From: Nitrospinales bacterium | GTDB taxonomy: Bacteria > Nitrospinota > Nitrospinia > Nitrospinales > VA-1 | Direction of reading: 5' to 3' | DNA length: 64,000 nucleotides | NCBI GenBank assembly: GCA_965223795.1 | Contig: CBDCXL010000001.1 | Location: forward strand, 608,120 to 672,119 | In this document: positions 1-9,619 of the stretch, piece after piece | Layout: every line of letters begins with the position of its first letter | Position numbering within the stretch: the first letter of the stretch is position 1 | Notes under the pieces: model-generated | The model's input: only the letters and a program-made list of their open reading frames with translations | Told to the model about the DNA's origin: nothing | The model's database searches: none | Translations under genes and position numbers: made by a program

Positions 1-2
1 GA

Positions 3-1001
3 TTGGACAACGCCAAAGCGCAGTTCAATCTGGGAATCATGTTCGCCAAGGGCCAGGGCGTGCCCACGGACTACCCGTCGGCGGTGAAATGGTACGAAAA
101 AGCCGCCGAGAAGGGCATCGCCCGCGCTCAGAGCAACCTGGGCGTCATGTACCTCAAGGGCCTGGGCGTGTCCCAGGATTACCACAAAGCGCTGATTTGG
201 TTTCAGCGGGCCGCCGAACAGGGCCGTCCCACGGCGCAGTTCAACCTGGCGTCGCTGTACGCCAACGGCCAGGGCGTCAACCGCAATCCCGACGAAGCGG
301 TGCACTGGTACCGCAAAGCCGCCGAACAGGGTTTCGTCACCGCGCAGACCACGCTGGGCACTCTCTACGCCAAGGGCGAACTGATCCCCCGCGATTACAA
401 ACAGGCGGCGCACTGGTTTCAGCAGGCGGCGCAGCATGGGGATCCCAGGGCGCAGCTGAGCCTGGGCTACCTGCACGATCAGGGTCTGGGCCTGCCGCAG
501 AGCCACAAGGAAGCGCTCAAGTGGTATGAGATTGCCGCCAAACAGGGTCTCGCCCTGGCGCAAAGCAACCTCGGCTCGATGTACGGCAAGGGCGAGGGTG
601 TGCCGCAGGATCACAAAAAGGCGGCGTACTGGTATCTCAATGCCGCCAGGCAGGGCGACGCGCGGGCGCAGTTCAACCTGGGCGTGCTGTTCCAGGAGGG
701 CCTGGGCGTGGCCAAAAACGACAGCCAGGCGATCCGCTGGTACCGCATGGCGGCGGAACAGGGCAATCCCTCCGCCCAGTACAATCTGGCCAATCTCTAC
801 GCGACGCCGGAAGGCGTTCCGGAGGATTATGTGCAGGCGCACATGTGGTACCACCTGGCCGCATCGAAATTCGAAACCGAGAAAGACCGCAGCCTGGCCG
901 CGAAAAACCGCGACAAACTGGCGGCGAAGATGACCGCGGATCAGCTCACCGAAGCGCAGAAACGCGCGCGCGAATGGAAACAGAAAACCCGCAAGAAGTG
1001 A
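3..1001 (+). CDS. Sel1-like repeat (SLR) protein, 5'-truncated by the window edge
   Basis: About 8 tandem ~36-aa repeats of the form AQxNLGxxYxxGxGVxxDxxxAxxWYxxAAEQG, with a typical C-terminal tail (AHMWYHLAA...MTADQLTEAQKRA). Confidence 0.95.
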   Translation: MDNAKAQFNLGIMFAKGQGVPTDYPSAVKWYEKAAEKGIARAQSNLGVMYLKGLGVSQDYHKALIWFQRAAEQGRPTAQFNLASLYANGQGVNRNPDEAVHWYRKAAEQGFVTAQTTLGTLYAKGELIPRDYKQAAHWFQQAAQHGDPRAQLSLGYLHDQGLGLPQSHKEALKWYEIAAKQGLALAQSNLGSMYGKGEGVPQDHKKAAYWYLNAARQGDARAQFNLGVLFQEGLGVAKNDSQAIRWYRMAAEQGNPSAQYNLANLYATPEGVPEDYVQAHMWYHLAASKFETEKDRSLAAKNRDKLAAKMTADQLTEAQKRAREWKQKTRKK

Positions 1002-1020
1002 CCGGACTTCTTTCGCGCAT

Positions 1021-1054
1021 AAAAAAACCGGGCCCGCAAGCCCGGTTTTTCTTT
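1021..1054. terminator. Bidirectional rho-independent terminator
   Basis: AAAAAAACCGGGC-CCGCAA-GCCCGGTTTTTCTTT between convergent genes. Confidence 0.8.
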
Positions 1055-1090
1055 GTCTGAATTCAGAACGCGGCCCAGGGCCGGCGGTAT

Positions 1091-1501
1091 TCAGGGAAAC
1101 GGAATGTGCACGTTGATCCCGACATCCACCTCCCCTTCCACTTTACGTTCTTCGCTCCGCCTGGGAACCCGTTTGTGCTCGTATTCCCGGTATTCCCTGC
1201 TGTGCGTGTGTGTCGATTTCCGGTAGGCGTGCTGATTGCATTTTTTCGCCCACCCCGGAGGCACCTTGCCCTGTTTCGCAAGTCCGGGCGGCAGGTCGCA
1301 GCCTGCATCGGAGGACTGGCTTTCGCGGATGTCGTCGCGCCAATCCTTTTTGTATTCACTCCTCTCTTCCACCCATTCCTTGTATTCCTTTTTCTTCCAT
1401 TTCCCCTTGCCTTTTCCGCCAGCGGCCGCGCTGCCCGCCAACAGGGAAACGGCGAACAGGGAAGCAACGATCGCCACGCACCCCTTCTTGAATTTCGTCA
1501 T
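1091..1501 (-). CDS. Secreted hypothetical protein with LPPGLAKQGKVPPGWAKK motif
   Basis: CAGGAG RBS before ATG 1501; signal peptide (VAIVASLFAVSLLAGSAAA); PPGLAK motif seen in small periplasmic proteins. Confidence 0.75.
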   Translation of the reverse strand: MTKFKKGCVAIVASLFAVSLLAGSAAAGGKGKGKWKKKEYKEWVEERSEYKKDWRDDIRESQSSDAGCDLPPGLAKQGKVPPGWAKKCNQHAYRKSTHTHSREYREYEHKRVPRRSEERKVEGEVDVGINVHIPFP

Positions 1502-1622
1502 GAACCGCTCCTGAATTGGGTTTGAACCTCCAGGGACAACGTGCGGCGTGGAACCCGGCCATAGCCATGATCCGCGCCAATCGCTCACGAAATTTCCCTG
1601 TTAAAGTGATCGTTCTGAAATG

Positions 1623-1639
1623 TGCAAAACAAGTACCAA
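1623..1639 (-). promoter_or_regulatory. Putative sigma-54 (-24/-12) promoter
   Basis: Minus strand TTGGTACTTGTTTTGCA = GG-N10-GC, upstream of 1091..1501. Confidence 0.6.
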
Positions 1640-1886
1640 TTCCGGGAGCTTGAAATACCGCCGGTTATGCAAGAGCGAGCAGTCTGCCGGCGCGAAAATT
1701 TACGAATTTTCAGACAGGCTGGCAATTTCGTTCGCATCCGGGAATCTCCGGTTTTACATACCCGCCTCTCCTTGAAGCCGCACGCCGCGTTCCGCGTTCA
1801 TTGGGAATGTTCAGTTTTTCATAACTTCCGGCCTTAAACCCACCTCATGCCCCGGCGCCAGGACGCGGTTTTTCAAGGGTCGGTGT

Positions 1887-1903
1887 TTGGCATAGCGCTT
1901 GCT
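1887..1903 (+). promoter_or_regulatory. Putative sigma-54 (-24/-12) promoter
   Basis: TTGGCATAGCGCTTGCT = GG-N10-GC, ~80 nt upstream of the M48 peptidase ATG. Confidence 0.65.
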
Positions 1904-1985
1904 TTTTGTTTACCGACTCCTGACAACACAAACTACCTGCGCCCCTTCCCGCCCCCGGGCGGGTCGGCGGTGCGGACCGGACGCC

Positions 1986-3875
1986 ATGACCCAAGCCGCG
2001 GTTGCCAACAGCACGACGCAAAGGCGGGAGCGCTACGAGTCTCTGGTGCAGGAGGCGGAAGCGCATCTGAAGCGCAATCCCGAAGGATACCCGCTGAGGC
2101 TGTCGCTCCTGACAGGACTGGGGTACGGCTATTTTTACGGCGTGCTGCTGTCGCTGATCCCGCTTGCCGTGGGCCTGCTGTACGGGGCGTACCGCACCGA
2201 TTCCATCCTGCTGGTGTTGGCCGCTTCCCTGCCCGCTGTCTGGCTGACTGCTTTTTCTCTGGCGATGTTCAACGCGCTGCGCGGCGATTCCACGGCTCAG
2301 GTGGGACACCGCATCCGCGCCAAAGAATGCCCGCAGCTTTTCGCTGAACTGCGTCACCTGCGCGCCCGGTTGAACAGCCCGCCCATCCATCGCGTCCTGG
2401 TGACACAGGGATTCAACGCCTACATGGATCAGGCGCCGCTGCTCGGCGTGTTCGGCCGCTACCGGAGCACGCTGCTGTTGGGTCTGCCGCTGATGCTGAG
2501 TCTCACGCCGGAAGGATTCCGTTCGGTGCTGGCGCACGAGCTCGGCCACCTGGCGGGGCGTCACTGCCGGTTCGGCGCGTGGGTCCGCAGGGTGCGCACA
2601 TGCTGGATCCTGTCCATGCCGGTCGTCGAGCGCGCCGGACCCGCCGGGGAATGGCTGTTCCGGCGTTTTTTCGACTGGCACGACCCGATCCTGCAGGCCT
2701 ATTTTTCCGTGTTCGTGCGCGTCAACGAACACCAGGCCGACGCGATGGCCGCCCGCGTCACGTCCCGCCGCACGTTCGCGGAAACGCTCGCCGAGGTTCA
2801 GGTTTCCGAGCAGCTGTTGAACGATCGCTTCTGGGACCGGCTCACGGAGCAGTGCGAGACGACTCCCGTAGTGAACCGGAAGGTGTATACGGAACTGCAT
2901 GACTTCATCCGCTCGCGCCCGTTTTCAGAAGAAGAGCGGCAGCGCTGCCTGAGTGAACAGCTGGAATCGAAAACCGACCGGGAAGGAACGCACCCTTCGC
3001 TTCAGGAAAGGCTCAAACCGCTGGTCGAGAGGGTCACTCTGCCGGAAGCTCCCCGGCAAAACGCGGCCGAAGCGTTTCTCGGAGAGCAGCTCGCCGTCGT
3101 GCTCCAGGAGCTCGACCGGCAATGGGCGGAAGAAAACGCAGCGGCCTGGAAAGAGCGCCACACCTATGTGCGGCAGGGTAAAGAAGCGTTGCAGAGGCTG
3201 GAAGAAAAACACAGGGCGGGAGAAATGACGCCCGGCGAGCTGTGGGATCTCGCCGCGTGGACGGAACAGCTCAAACCGCAGACCGATCCCTTGCCGCTGT
3301 ACCGCATGGCCTGGAGCAAGAACCGCGAGGACCCCGAAGCCGCCTACGCCGTGGGACGGCTGCTCCTGGAACGCAGGGACGCGTCGGGAGTCGGGTTCCT
3401 CGAATCCGTCATCGAAAACCACCCCCGGCTGGCGGTCCCGGCCTGCGAGCTGGCGCGCGATTATTTCCTGGCGCGCGGCGATGACACGGCGGCACAGCAA
3501 TACCGGCTGCGCGCGGAGACGTTCATGGACGTGGAGGCCCAGGCGGAAGCGGAACGCGCGGCGTTGACCGCGGCGGACGCCTACCTGGCACACGGGCTGG
3601 AACGCGAAAGCCTGGAAGCGATCCGCGAGCAGCTTGAAAAATTCGAAAACATCCGCCACGTCTGGATCTGCCGCAAACAGGTGGCGCACTTCCCGGACGA
3701 GCCGATGTACGTTCTGATCTATCAGAAAAAAGGCTGGTTCACCTGCGAGGACCCACTGGGCGAAGCGGTGATCGAGCAGCTCGAACTGCCGGGAGAGTAT
3801 TTTCTCATCTGCAAAAACGGCGACGCCCGCTCCCTCGCCAAGAAAGCCCTAAAAGTGGCGGAGAGGATTTTTTAA
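1986..3875 (+). CDS. M48-family (HtpX-like) membrane zinc metallopeptidase with C-terminal TPR-like extension
   Basis: Two N-terminal TM helices, FNAY motif, HELGH zinc motif, EHQAD, THPSLQERL; ATG 1986 preferred over TTG 1899. Confidence 0.85.
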   Translation: MTQAAVANSTTQRRERYESLVQEAEAHLKRNPEGYPLRLSLLTGLGYGYFYGVLLSLIPLAVGLLYGAYRTDSILLVLAASLPAVWLTAFSLAMFNALRGDSTAQVGHRIRAKECPQLFAELRHLRARLNSPPIHRVLVTQGFNAYMDQAPLLGVFGRYRSTLLLGLPLMLSLTPEGFRSVLAHELGHLAGRHCRFGAWVRRVRTCWILSMPVVERAGPAGEWLFRRFFDWHDPILQAYFSVFVRVNEHQADAMAARVTSRRTFAETLAEVQVSEQLLNDRFWDRLTEQCETTPVVNRKVYTELHDFIRSRPFSEEERQRCLSEQLESKTDREGTHPSLQERLKPLVERVTLPEAPRQNAAEAFLGEQLAVVLQELDRQWAEENAAAWKERHTYVRQGKEALQRLEEKHRAGEMTPGELWDLAAWTEQLKPQTDPLPLYRMAWSKNREDPEAAYAVGRLLLERRDASGVGFLESVIENHPRLAVPACELARDYFLARGDDTAAQQYRLRAETFMDVEAQAEAERAALTAADAYLAHGLERESLEAIREQLEKFENIRHVWICRKQVAHFPDEPMYVLIYQKKGWFTCEDPLGEAVIEQLELPGEYFLICKNGDARSLAKKALKVAERIF

Positions 3876-3884
3876 ACTCAACCC

Positions 3885-4594
3885 TCAACGGGAATCGATT
3901 CCGTTTTGCAATGCACGCAGTTTCGGGATCGTTTCGAGGATGTCGTGTTTGCCGAGTGATTCGGCGAGGGAGGCGGCTTCCTTGAGCAAGGCGTCCATCC
4001 CGGTTTCCCGGCCGGTGAACAGGTACAGCGGAGCCAGCGAGAACAGGGGCTGCAGCAATTTCAGGGGATCGTTCTGCTCGCGCGCCAGGCGGATGCGGTT
4101 TTCGAGTATGCTCACGCCGCGTTCCATCGCTTCCCTGAGGGGACGGTATTCCCCGTTTTTAATATTTCTTAAGGTTCTCCATCCGCGTTTTCCTTGAGTT
4201 TGAGCGCCGCCCGGAATCCCGCGAGTCCTTCCTGCCACTGGCATTTGCGCCAATGGGTGACGGCAACCAGCGTGCGCAGCCGGTATTCGCCTTCCGCGTC
4301 CGGCGCGTCGGCGAGCCGGTTCAGCGCCTGCTCGAATTGCACCAGCGCTTTTTTGAGCTGAGCCATCTCCCAGTAGACGCAGCCCAGCCGGGCGTGCAGC
4401 ACCGCCGCCTCCTGCGGACCGGCATCGTTTCTGAGTTTCACTGCCTGGGAGAGCATCGCCGCGGCTTTGGGCAAACGGCGGATTGCCTGATAGTGCCCAC
4501 CCAGATCCATCAGCACCCGCGCTTCCGCTTCGGCGTCGCCGAGTTCGCGGGCGTTTTTCAGACTTTCTTCCAGTTGCGCCAGATTTGTACCCAT
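3885..4594 (-). pseudogene. TPR-like helical repeat protein split by an apparent frameshift near 4165-4200
   Basis: ORF 4594->4169 (LGCVYWEMAQLKKALVQFEQAL) stops at TAA; helical repeat-like sequence continues in another frame to 3885 (LFSLAPLYLFTG...LLKEAASLAESLG). Confidence 0.6.
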
Positions 4595-4688
4595 GCTTTC
4601 CCCGTATTTCGTTTGCCACCAGCCGTTTGCCGTTGCCCCGGCCTGTGCTATCCTTTGCAGATCGCAGACACCCATTATGGAGGCTTTC

Positions 4689-5006
4689 ATGCCCTCGTTT
4701 CAAGAGATAGACATCCGCAGAACCAGGGAAATGCTGGACAACGACGCCGCCAACGTGGTGGACATCCGCGACCCCGGCTCCTACCAGAGCGGACACCTGC
4801 CGGACGCGGTGTCGGTGAACGACGGCAACGTGCAGGATTTCACGAACAGCACCGACAAGGACAAGCCGTTGATCGTGTACTGCTACCACGGGATTTCCAG
4901 CCAGGGCGCGGCGGCTTATTTTTCGGAGCAGGGGTTCAAGGAGGTGTACAGTATGATGGGCGGCTACGAAGCCTGGCGTTCGGCCTACGCGCCGGAGGAT
5001 TCCTGA
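4689..5006 (+). CDS. glpE: Thiosulfate sulfurtransferase (single-domain rhodanese)
   Basis: VVDIRDPGSYQSGHLPDA, active-site loop YCYHGISSQGAA, SMMGGYEAW; GGAGG RBS. Confidence 0.85.
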   Translation: MPSFQEIDIRRTREMLDNDAANVVDIRDPGSYQSGHLPDAVSVNDGNVQDFTNSTDKDKPLIVYCYHGISSQGAAAYFSEQGFKEVYSMMGGYEAWRSAYAPEDS

Positions 5007-5040
5007 AGCGCCGCCGTTTCGGAAACGGTGCGGACGCGAA

Positions 5041-5424
5041 TCAGCCCGTCTGGTTTTCGTACCGCTTTTCCAGGTCCTTCATGGAGAGCACGCCCACGAT
5101 TTTGTTTTCGTGGGTCACGGCGACGTGGCGGAACCCTTTCTTCTTCATGAGAATGCTCGCTTTCGTCAGCGGTTCGTCCCTGCCGATGACGATGAGCCTG
5201 CGGGTCATGATGCTTTCCACGGTGAAGGATCTGGGATCGCCCTCCCCGTCCAGCACTTTCTGGCGCCAGTCGGTTTTGGTGACGATGCCGACGCACTTTC
5301 CTTCATGCATCACCAGCAGCGCGCCCACACCGTATTTGAACATGTCCTGAACGGCATCGTGCGCCAGGGCATCGGCGCCGATGGTGAGCGCGGGGGCGCT
5401 CATGCAATCGCCTACTTTCTGCAT
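5041..5424 (-). CDS. CBS-domain pair protein
   Basis: VGDCMS...VGALLV...VGIVTKTD and VESIMT...FRHVAV...VGVLSMKDL. Confidence 0.9.
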   Translation of the reverse strand: MQKVGDCMSAPALTIGADALAHDAVQDMFKYGVGALLVMHEGKCVGIVTKTDWRQKVLDGEGDPRSFTVESIMTRRLIVIGRDEPLTKASILMKKKGFRHVAVTHENKIVGVLSMKDLEKRYENQTG

Positions 5425-5563
5425 CCTGCCAGTCTCTCCATGCTCATTCTCAAGTTCGGGAAATCCACATGCCCGTTTGGTCGCATCGAGAGTATAGTCG
5501 ATTTTGGCGTCCGGAGGAAGGGCCTGGAACGCTGCAACCGGCCGGGGAGGCCCTGAAATGCAC

Positions 5564-5986
5564 CTAATCGCAGAATTTATCGATCTGTTCCTCGATCCGG
5601 TCCAGGTTGGCCGTGTAATCGCCGCAGGAGAGATCCATCGGCGGCATCCTCCAGGGATCGCGCGGGCCCCGGCGATCGCGGCGCTCTTCTTCCCATTCGT
5701 CCCAGCGTTCATCGTTGTACTCGCGGCAATCGTCGTACGCCCGTTCGATCTGCTCCTTGAGCATTTTGAGGCCGCGGCAGGCGGCGGCGCTGGAACGGGG
5801 ACTTTTGCTGAATTTCCGCGGCACGGAACGGGTGCCGCACAGTTCGAGAATTTCCGTTTTGGAAAATCCGGAATCCAGCAGGCGGTTGAGCAGCTTTTCG
5901 GAACAGTCCGCGAACGCCGGCGCGGGAAACAGCCAGACTACGAAGGGAAGGAGGTACAGCATGCGGATCGGTGTGCGGCTTTTCAT
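5564..5986 (-). CDS. Secreted hypothetical protein, Cys-containing
   Basis: Signal peptide ending PAPAFA; six Cys in the mature region. Confidence 0.6.
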   Translation of the reverse strand: MKSRTPIRMLYLLPFVVWLFPAPAFADCSEKLLNRLLDSGFSKTEILELCGTRSVPRKFSKSPRSSAAACRGLKMLKEQIERAYDDCREYNDERWDEWEEERRDRRGPRDPWRMPPMDLSCGDYTANLDRIEEQIDKFCD

Positions 5987-6345
5987 GGTCTGCCTTTTTG
6001 TTGAACGTGGCTCCCGGCGCGGCGACGCATCGGCCCGGCCGGGCGCATGGGTTGCGGTTTTTTTTAACGTGCCCTCATCTTACCAGCAATCGCGGTGCGG
6101 CGGATACGACCGATTTGGCATGTCCCGCGGTGTTCGCGGGTTGCCTCGCAATCCGGGCACCTCTTTGATTTATTGATGAGTGCCGCCACACCCGAACACA
6201 GCCTGCCCGCATGAGGGCAAGACTCGTATAATATAGGGGAGCCCGGTCGGGGTTCGCTGCCGGCAGAACCGGACACCGGCGGGCGCGTCTTCGGGCAGAC
6301 GGGTTCGGATGAAACGGCACACAATATTCATTGAGGAGGCACTCC

Positions 6346-6555
6346 ATGAACACAAAACGACGCATTCACGACGGCATCGCCGGCGCGGTCATCGTGGCCG
6401 GAGTCGCGCTCGGTCACTGGGTTCACCCCTACTGGCTGTGGGTCCCGGGACTGCTGGGGCTGACGCTGTTGCAGAGCGGGTTCACCGGATTCTGCCCGCT
6501 GTATTGCATTCTCGACCGCACCTGCGCAGAGGAGCCCGCGCATGACCACGGATGA
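6346..6555 (+). CDS. DUF2892 (YgaP-like) small membrane protein
   Basis: LLQSGFTGFCPLYCIL motif, two TM segments, GAGGAGG RBS. Confidence 0.85.
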   Translation: MNTKRRIHDGIAGAVIVAGVALGHWVHPYWLWVPGLLGLTLLQSGFTGFCPLYCILDRTCAEEPAHDHG

Positions 6556-6814
6556 GGTTCTGGAACGATACGGCGAGGTCCCCCTGTACTTTGCGCACTA
6601 CTACAATTTTCTCTTCATCTTCAAAAGCAAGCCGCTGGAAAACGGAGACCGGATCTTTCTGCAGATGGGCGGCAACATGGAAATGGTGTCGGCGATGGTG
6701 GTGGACGCGGAGGAACCCGTGACGCTGGAGGAAATGACCGAGCACGATTACGCCTACATCAAAGACAAGGACAATCAGGTCATCTGGAAAGACGGGGAGC
6801 CGAAAGCAGACTGA
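6542..6814 (+). CDS. Hypothetical acidic protein, 90 aa
   Basis: GAGGAG RBS, overlaps upstream gene end, host-like codon usage. Confidence 0.7.
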   Translation: MTTDEVLERYGEVPLYFAHYYNFLFIFKSKPLENGDRIFLQMGGNMEMVSAMVVDAEEPVTLEEMTEHDYAYIKDKDNQVIWKDGEPKAD

Positions 6815-7152
6815 CTCCCCCGGCGCATCGCGCAACGGCCTCGTCTGCGCGCGTCCGGAAAGGAGGCCTCCCGCACGCATTGCGCCCGGCGCCGCCCCTG
6901 CCCTTTTTCCGCTCAATTGACGCCCTTCCCTTTTTTTGACCCTCCGCTTGAATTTCCCGCCTGAAATCCCGGCAAACCGAATTCCCGTTTTTTCAGTCCA
7001 TTTGGGCCATACCCGTTTAAACCCCGCCCACCGTGCTTCTTTCCCGCCCTGTCCGTCATGAAATCGTGACCCAATCTCCCTCAAACCGACATTTAGCAAT
7101 GGCATCCTGAAACCTGAGAAACAGTGCGGTTATTGACTCACTCAGGATTGCC

Positions 7153-8232
7153 ATGCAGCGAATTCTCCATTTATCCGATGCCCAGGACTGGCATGATGTT
7201 CTGTCCCGCCTCAACGTGGACGACGTGTATTTTCTGCCCGAGTACCTGCGCGTGAATGAGTGGGTGACCGCGGGCCAGGCCGAGTGCTTCGTGTTCGAGA
7301 ACGCATCCGGCGTGGCGTTGTACCCCTACGTCAAGCGGCACATTCCCGGCACGGAGCTTTATGACATTACGTCCGCCTATGGATTCGGCGGCTGCCTGAT
7401 GACGCCGGACAGCCAGCTCGCGCTGGATTTCAACGCGGCTTTCAAAAATCACTGCCGGGAATCGGGCATCGTCAGCGAATTCATCCGGTTTCATCCCCTG
7501 CTCAAAAATCACGCCCTGCTGGACGACGCAACCCTGCATATCGAGAATCACCATCAGACAGTGCGCGCCCATTTTCCCAACGGCGTTTCCGACCTCGACG
7601 GGATGGTGACCAAAGAAGCCCGCAAGAAAATCCGCAAAGCGGAGAAAAAAGGCGTCGAGGTGGTTATCGATACCGGCATGGAGCACTACGCGGCGTTCAT
7701 GGAGCTTTACGACCGCACGATGAATCACAAGAACGCGACGCAGTTTTATTTTTTCGATGCCCGCTACTTCCACCAGATGCGCGAGCTGCTGCGCGACCGC
7801 CTGTGCCTGCTGGTTGCGTTCTATCAGGGGAAACTGGTCGGCGGGCTGCTGCTGTTTCACTGCGGTGAATTCACCTACAATCACCTTTCAGGCTCGGACT
7901 ACGACCACCGCAACCTCGGCGTCAACGACATCCTGCAATACAAAGCGATGGAATGGGCGGCAGAGCGGGGATGCAGACACTACCTGCTGGGCGGGGGGAT
8001 GAGCGGGGAGGATTCCCTGTTTCAGTTCAAAGCCAAGTTCTCGCCGGACAGGGAGGATTACCACGTCGGCAAACGCATCCACCTGCGCGAAACCTACGAC
8101 ATGCTGTGCCGGAAAAAAATCAGGGATGAAGGGAGCAGCCCGAAGGAGTTTCTGGAACGCGACTGGTTTCCGTTGTATCGCAGCGAACCGCCGAAGAAAG
8201 CGCCCGTCTCACAGCCCGCCGCCGTCAAGTGA
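7153..8232 (+). CDS. GNAT / FemAB-like acyltransferase
   Basis: DITSAYGFGG, VSEFIRFHPLL, RKKIRKAEKKGV, LGGG...DSLFQFKAKFS motifs. Confidence 0.8.
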   Translation: MQRILHLSDAQDWHDVLSRLNVDDVYFLPEYLRVNEWVTAGQAECFVFENASGVALYPYVKRHIPGTELYDITSAYGFGGCLMTPDSQLALDFNAAFKNHCRESGIVSEFIRFHPLLKNHALLDDATLHIENHHQTVRAHFPNGVSDLDGMVTKEARKKIRKAEKKGVEVVIDTGMEHYAAFMELYDRTMNHKNATQFYFFDARYFHQMRELLRDRLCLLVAFYQGKLVGGLLLFHCGEFTYNHLSGSDYDHRNLGVNDILQYKAMEWAAERGCRHYLLGGGMSGEDSLFQFKAKFSPDREDYHVGKRIHLRETYDMLCRKKIRDEGSSPKEFLERDWFPLYRSEPPKKAPVSQPAAVK

Positions 8233-8274
8233 CGTCAGCAATCGCCCGTCACCCGTATTGACTTCCGCAGATAT

Positions 8275-8538
8275 CTAATACGGGCAGACGTGGTTGATGA
8301 AAAATCCGAACCCGCTCACAAAAAACAGGCCCAATAGAGAGAGGAGCACCCACTGGGTGCGGACAAACTCTCCAAGTCCCGCCTCTGCTTTGCGCGCCGA
8401 GGAGTTGAGGACGACCGTGTTGCCACGGTGAGTCGCCACGGCGGCGTTTTCCTTGAATATCGCCCAGAGAAACAGCACGGCTCCGGAATAAGCGGCAGCG
8501 GAAAATGCGGCGAGAAGTGCGAATGTGGACGGGTCCAT
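8275..8538 (-). CDS. Small hypothetical membrane protein (2 TM)
   Basis: AGGGGA RBS; two hydrophobic stretches. Confidence 0.55.
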   Translation of the reverse strand: MDPSTFALLAAFSAAAYSGAVLFLWAIFKENAAVATHRGNTVVLNSSARKAEAGLGEFVRTQWVLLSLLGLFFVSGFGFFINHVCPY

Positions 8539-8589
8539 GAGCGTTCCCCTGTTTGTGGAAAGACCAATGCCTGTGCAGTGCGACGGAAT

Positions 8590-8691
8590 TCAGAATCCGA
8601 AGACGACGATCCCCCAGGAGACCGCCGCGTAGATCACGCACAGGACGCAGGCGAAAAAGGGCTTTTTGTAAATGTCGGTCAGCCGGTTCAT
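8590..8691 (-). CDS. 33-aa single-TM small protein, not in ORF track
   Basis: Manual translation MNRLTDIYKKPFFACVLCVIYAAVSWGIVVFGF*; GC-rich third positions. Confidence 0.5.
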   Translation of the reverse strand: MNRLTDIYKKPFFACVLCVIYAAVSWGIVVFGF

Positions 8692-8842
8692 GCCAACAGT
8701 ATAATCCCTTCCCGCACACCGCGCAACTGGTGCACACCTCCTTAAAAATCAACCGGGTTCCAGTCTCAATGCGAAACGGAAACCCGGTTGTCAACCAGAC
8801 AGGGAATCCTATTCACCTCAAATAAGGAGATGACTTTTCGGC

Positions 8843-9238
8843 CTATCTCATGAAAACACCACCACTCCACGGACGGTTGAGCCAGGGCTGATTTCCGCCC
8901 GTTTTGACGTGCCCGTCTTTGCACCTCTGCTCGGGAGAACCGGGAGTCCGCCTGCACTCGGTTCCACCCCAAGGCCCCTGGCACCAGCCATCGCTGGAAT
9001 ACGTTCCTTTTTTGCCTTTATTGGGACCGCTGACAACAGTACAGGGTGTTCCCGCTTTTCCGGAGCCACTGCCCTGCTGCTGTTGCATCAACATCGTGGA
9101 ACCTTTTTGCGTGGACGGCTTGTTGAACGGATTGAGCCTCTTTCCGGAGTTGAAACTCAGCGCTTCGCTGTTTCCGGTCAAGACGGCGGTAAAACAAATG
9201 GCTAACAACATCATGGACAAACGTGTGAACGACTTCAT
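8843..9238 (-). CDS. Small secreted Gly/Cys-rich hypothetical protein
   Basis: Strong RBS AAGGAGGT, signal peptide, four-Cys domain. Confidence 0.75.
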   Translation of the reverse strand: MKSFTRLSMMLLAICFTAVLTGNSEALSFNSGKRLNPFNKPSTQKGSTMLMQQQQGSGSGKAGTPCTVVSGPNKGKKGTYSSDGWCQGPWGGTECRRTPGSPEQRCKDGHVKTGGNQPWLNRPWSGGVFMR

Positions 9239-9319
9239 TTTTTACCTCCTTAATGAGTTATGAATTGAAAATAGTTTTTATTCAGCTCAATAAGGGGGTT
9301 ATTGGCCGCAACTTAAAAA

Positions 9320-9336
9320 TGCAATCAACATGCCAA
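9320..9336 (-). promoter_or_regulatory. Putative sigma-54 (-24/-12) promoter
   Basis: Minus strand TTGGCATGTTGATTGCA, near consensus, ~80 nt upstream of 9238. Confidence 0.7.
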
Positions 9337-9619
9337 TATTTTGACGACAACTTAGTATTTATTTTTCAATAATATGGTTGAAGCGAGTCATTTTTTCCGC
9401 CGCGTGTGCGCGCATGGTCCATGCGGGCAACCGTGCATCCATCGGCCTTAACCGGCAAAGAAAAAGGCTCTCCGGAAAAATTCCAGAGAGCCTTTTCGGG
9501 CGGTTTTTTGCCAATCCAGACAAGAGCGCGCAACCATGCTGTGTTTTATTTTACTTCAACGCTTTCGACGCACTCCCATTGCAGAACGACAGAGAAACGG
9601 TGTCAGGCCGGCTGTACGC

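Noticed and set aside
3..1001. Periodic DNA repeats resembling a CRISPR array
   Set aside because: The periodicity is explained by coding Sel1 repeats; there are no identical repeats with unique spacers and no cas genes.
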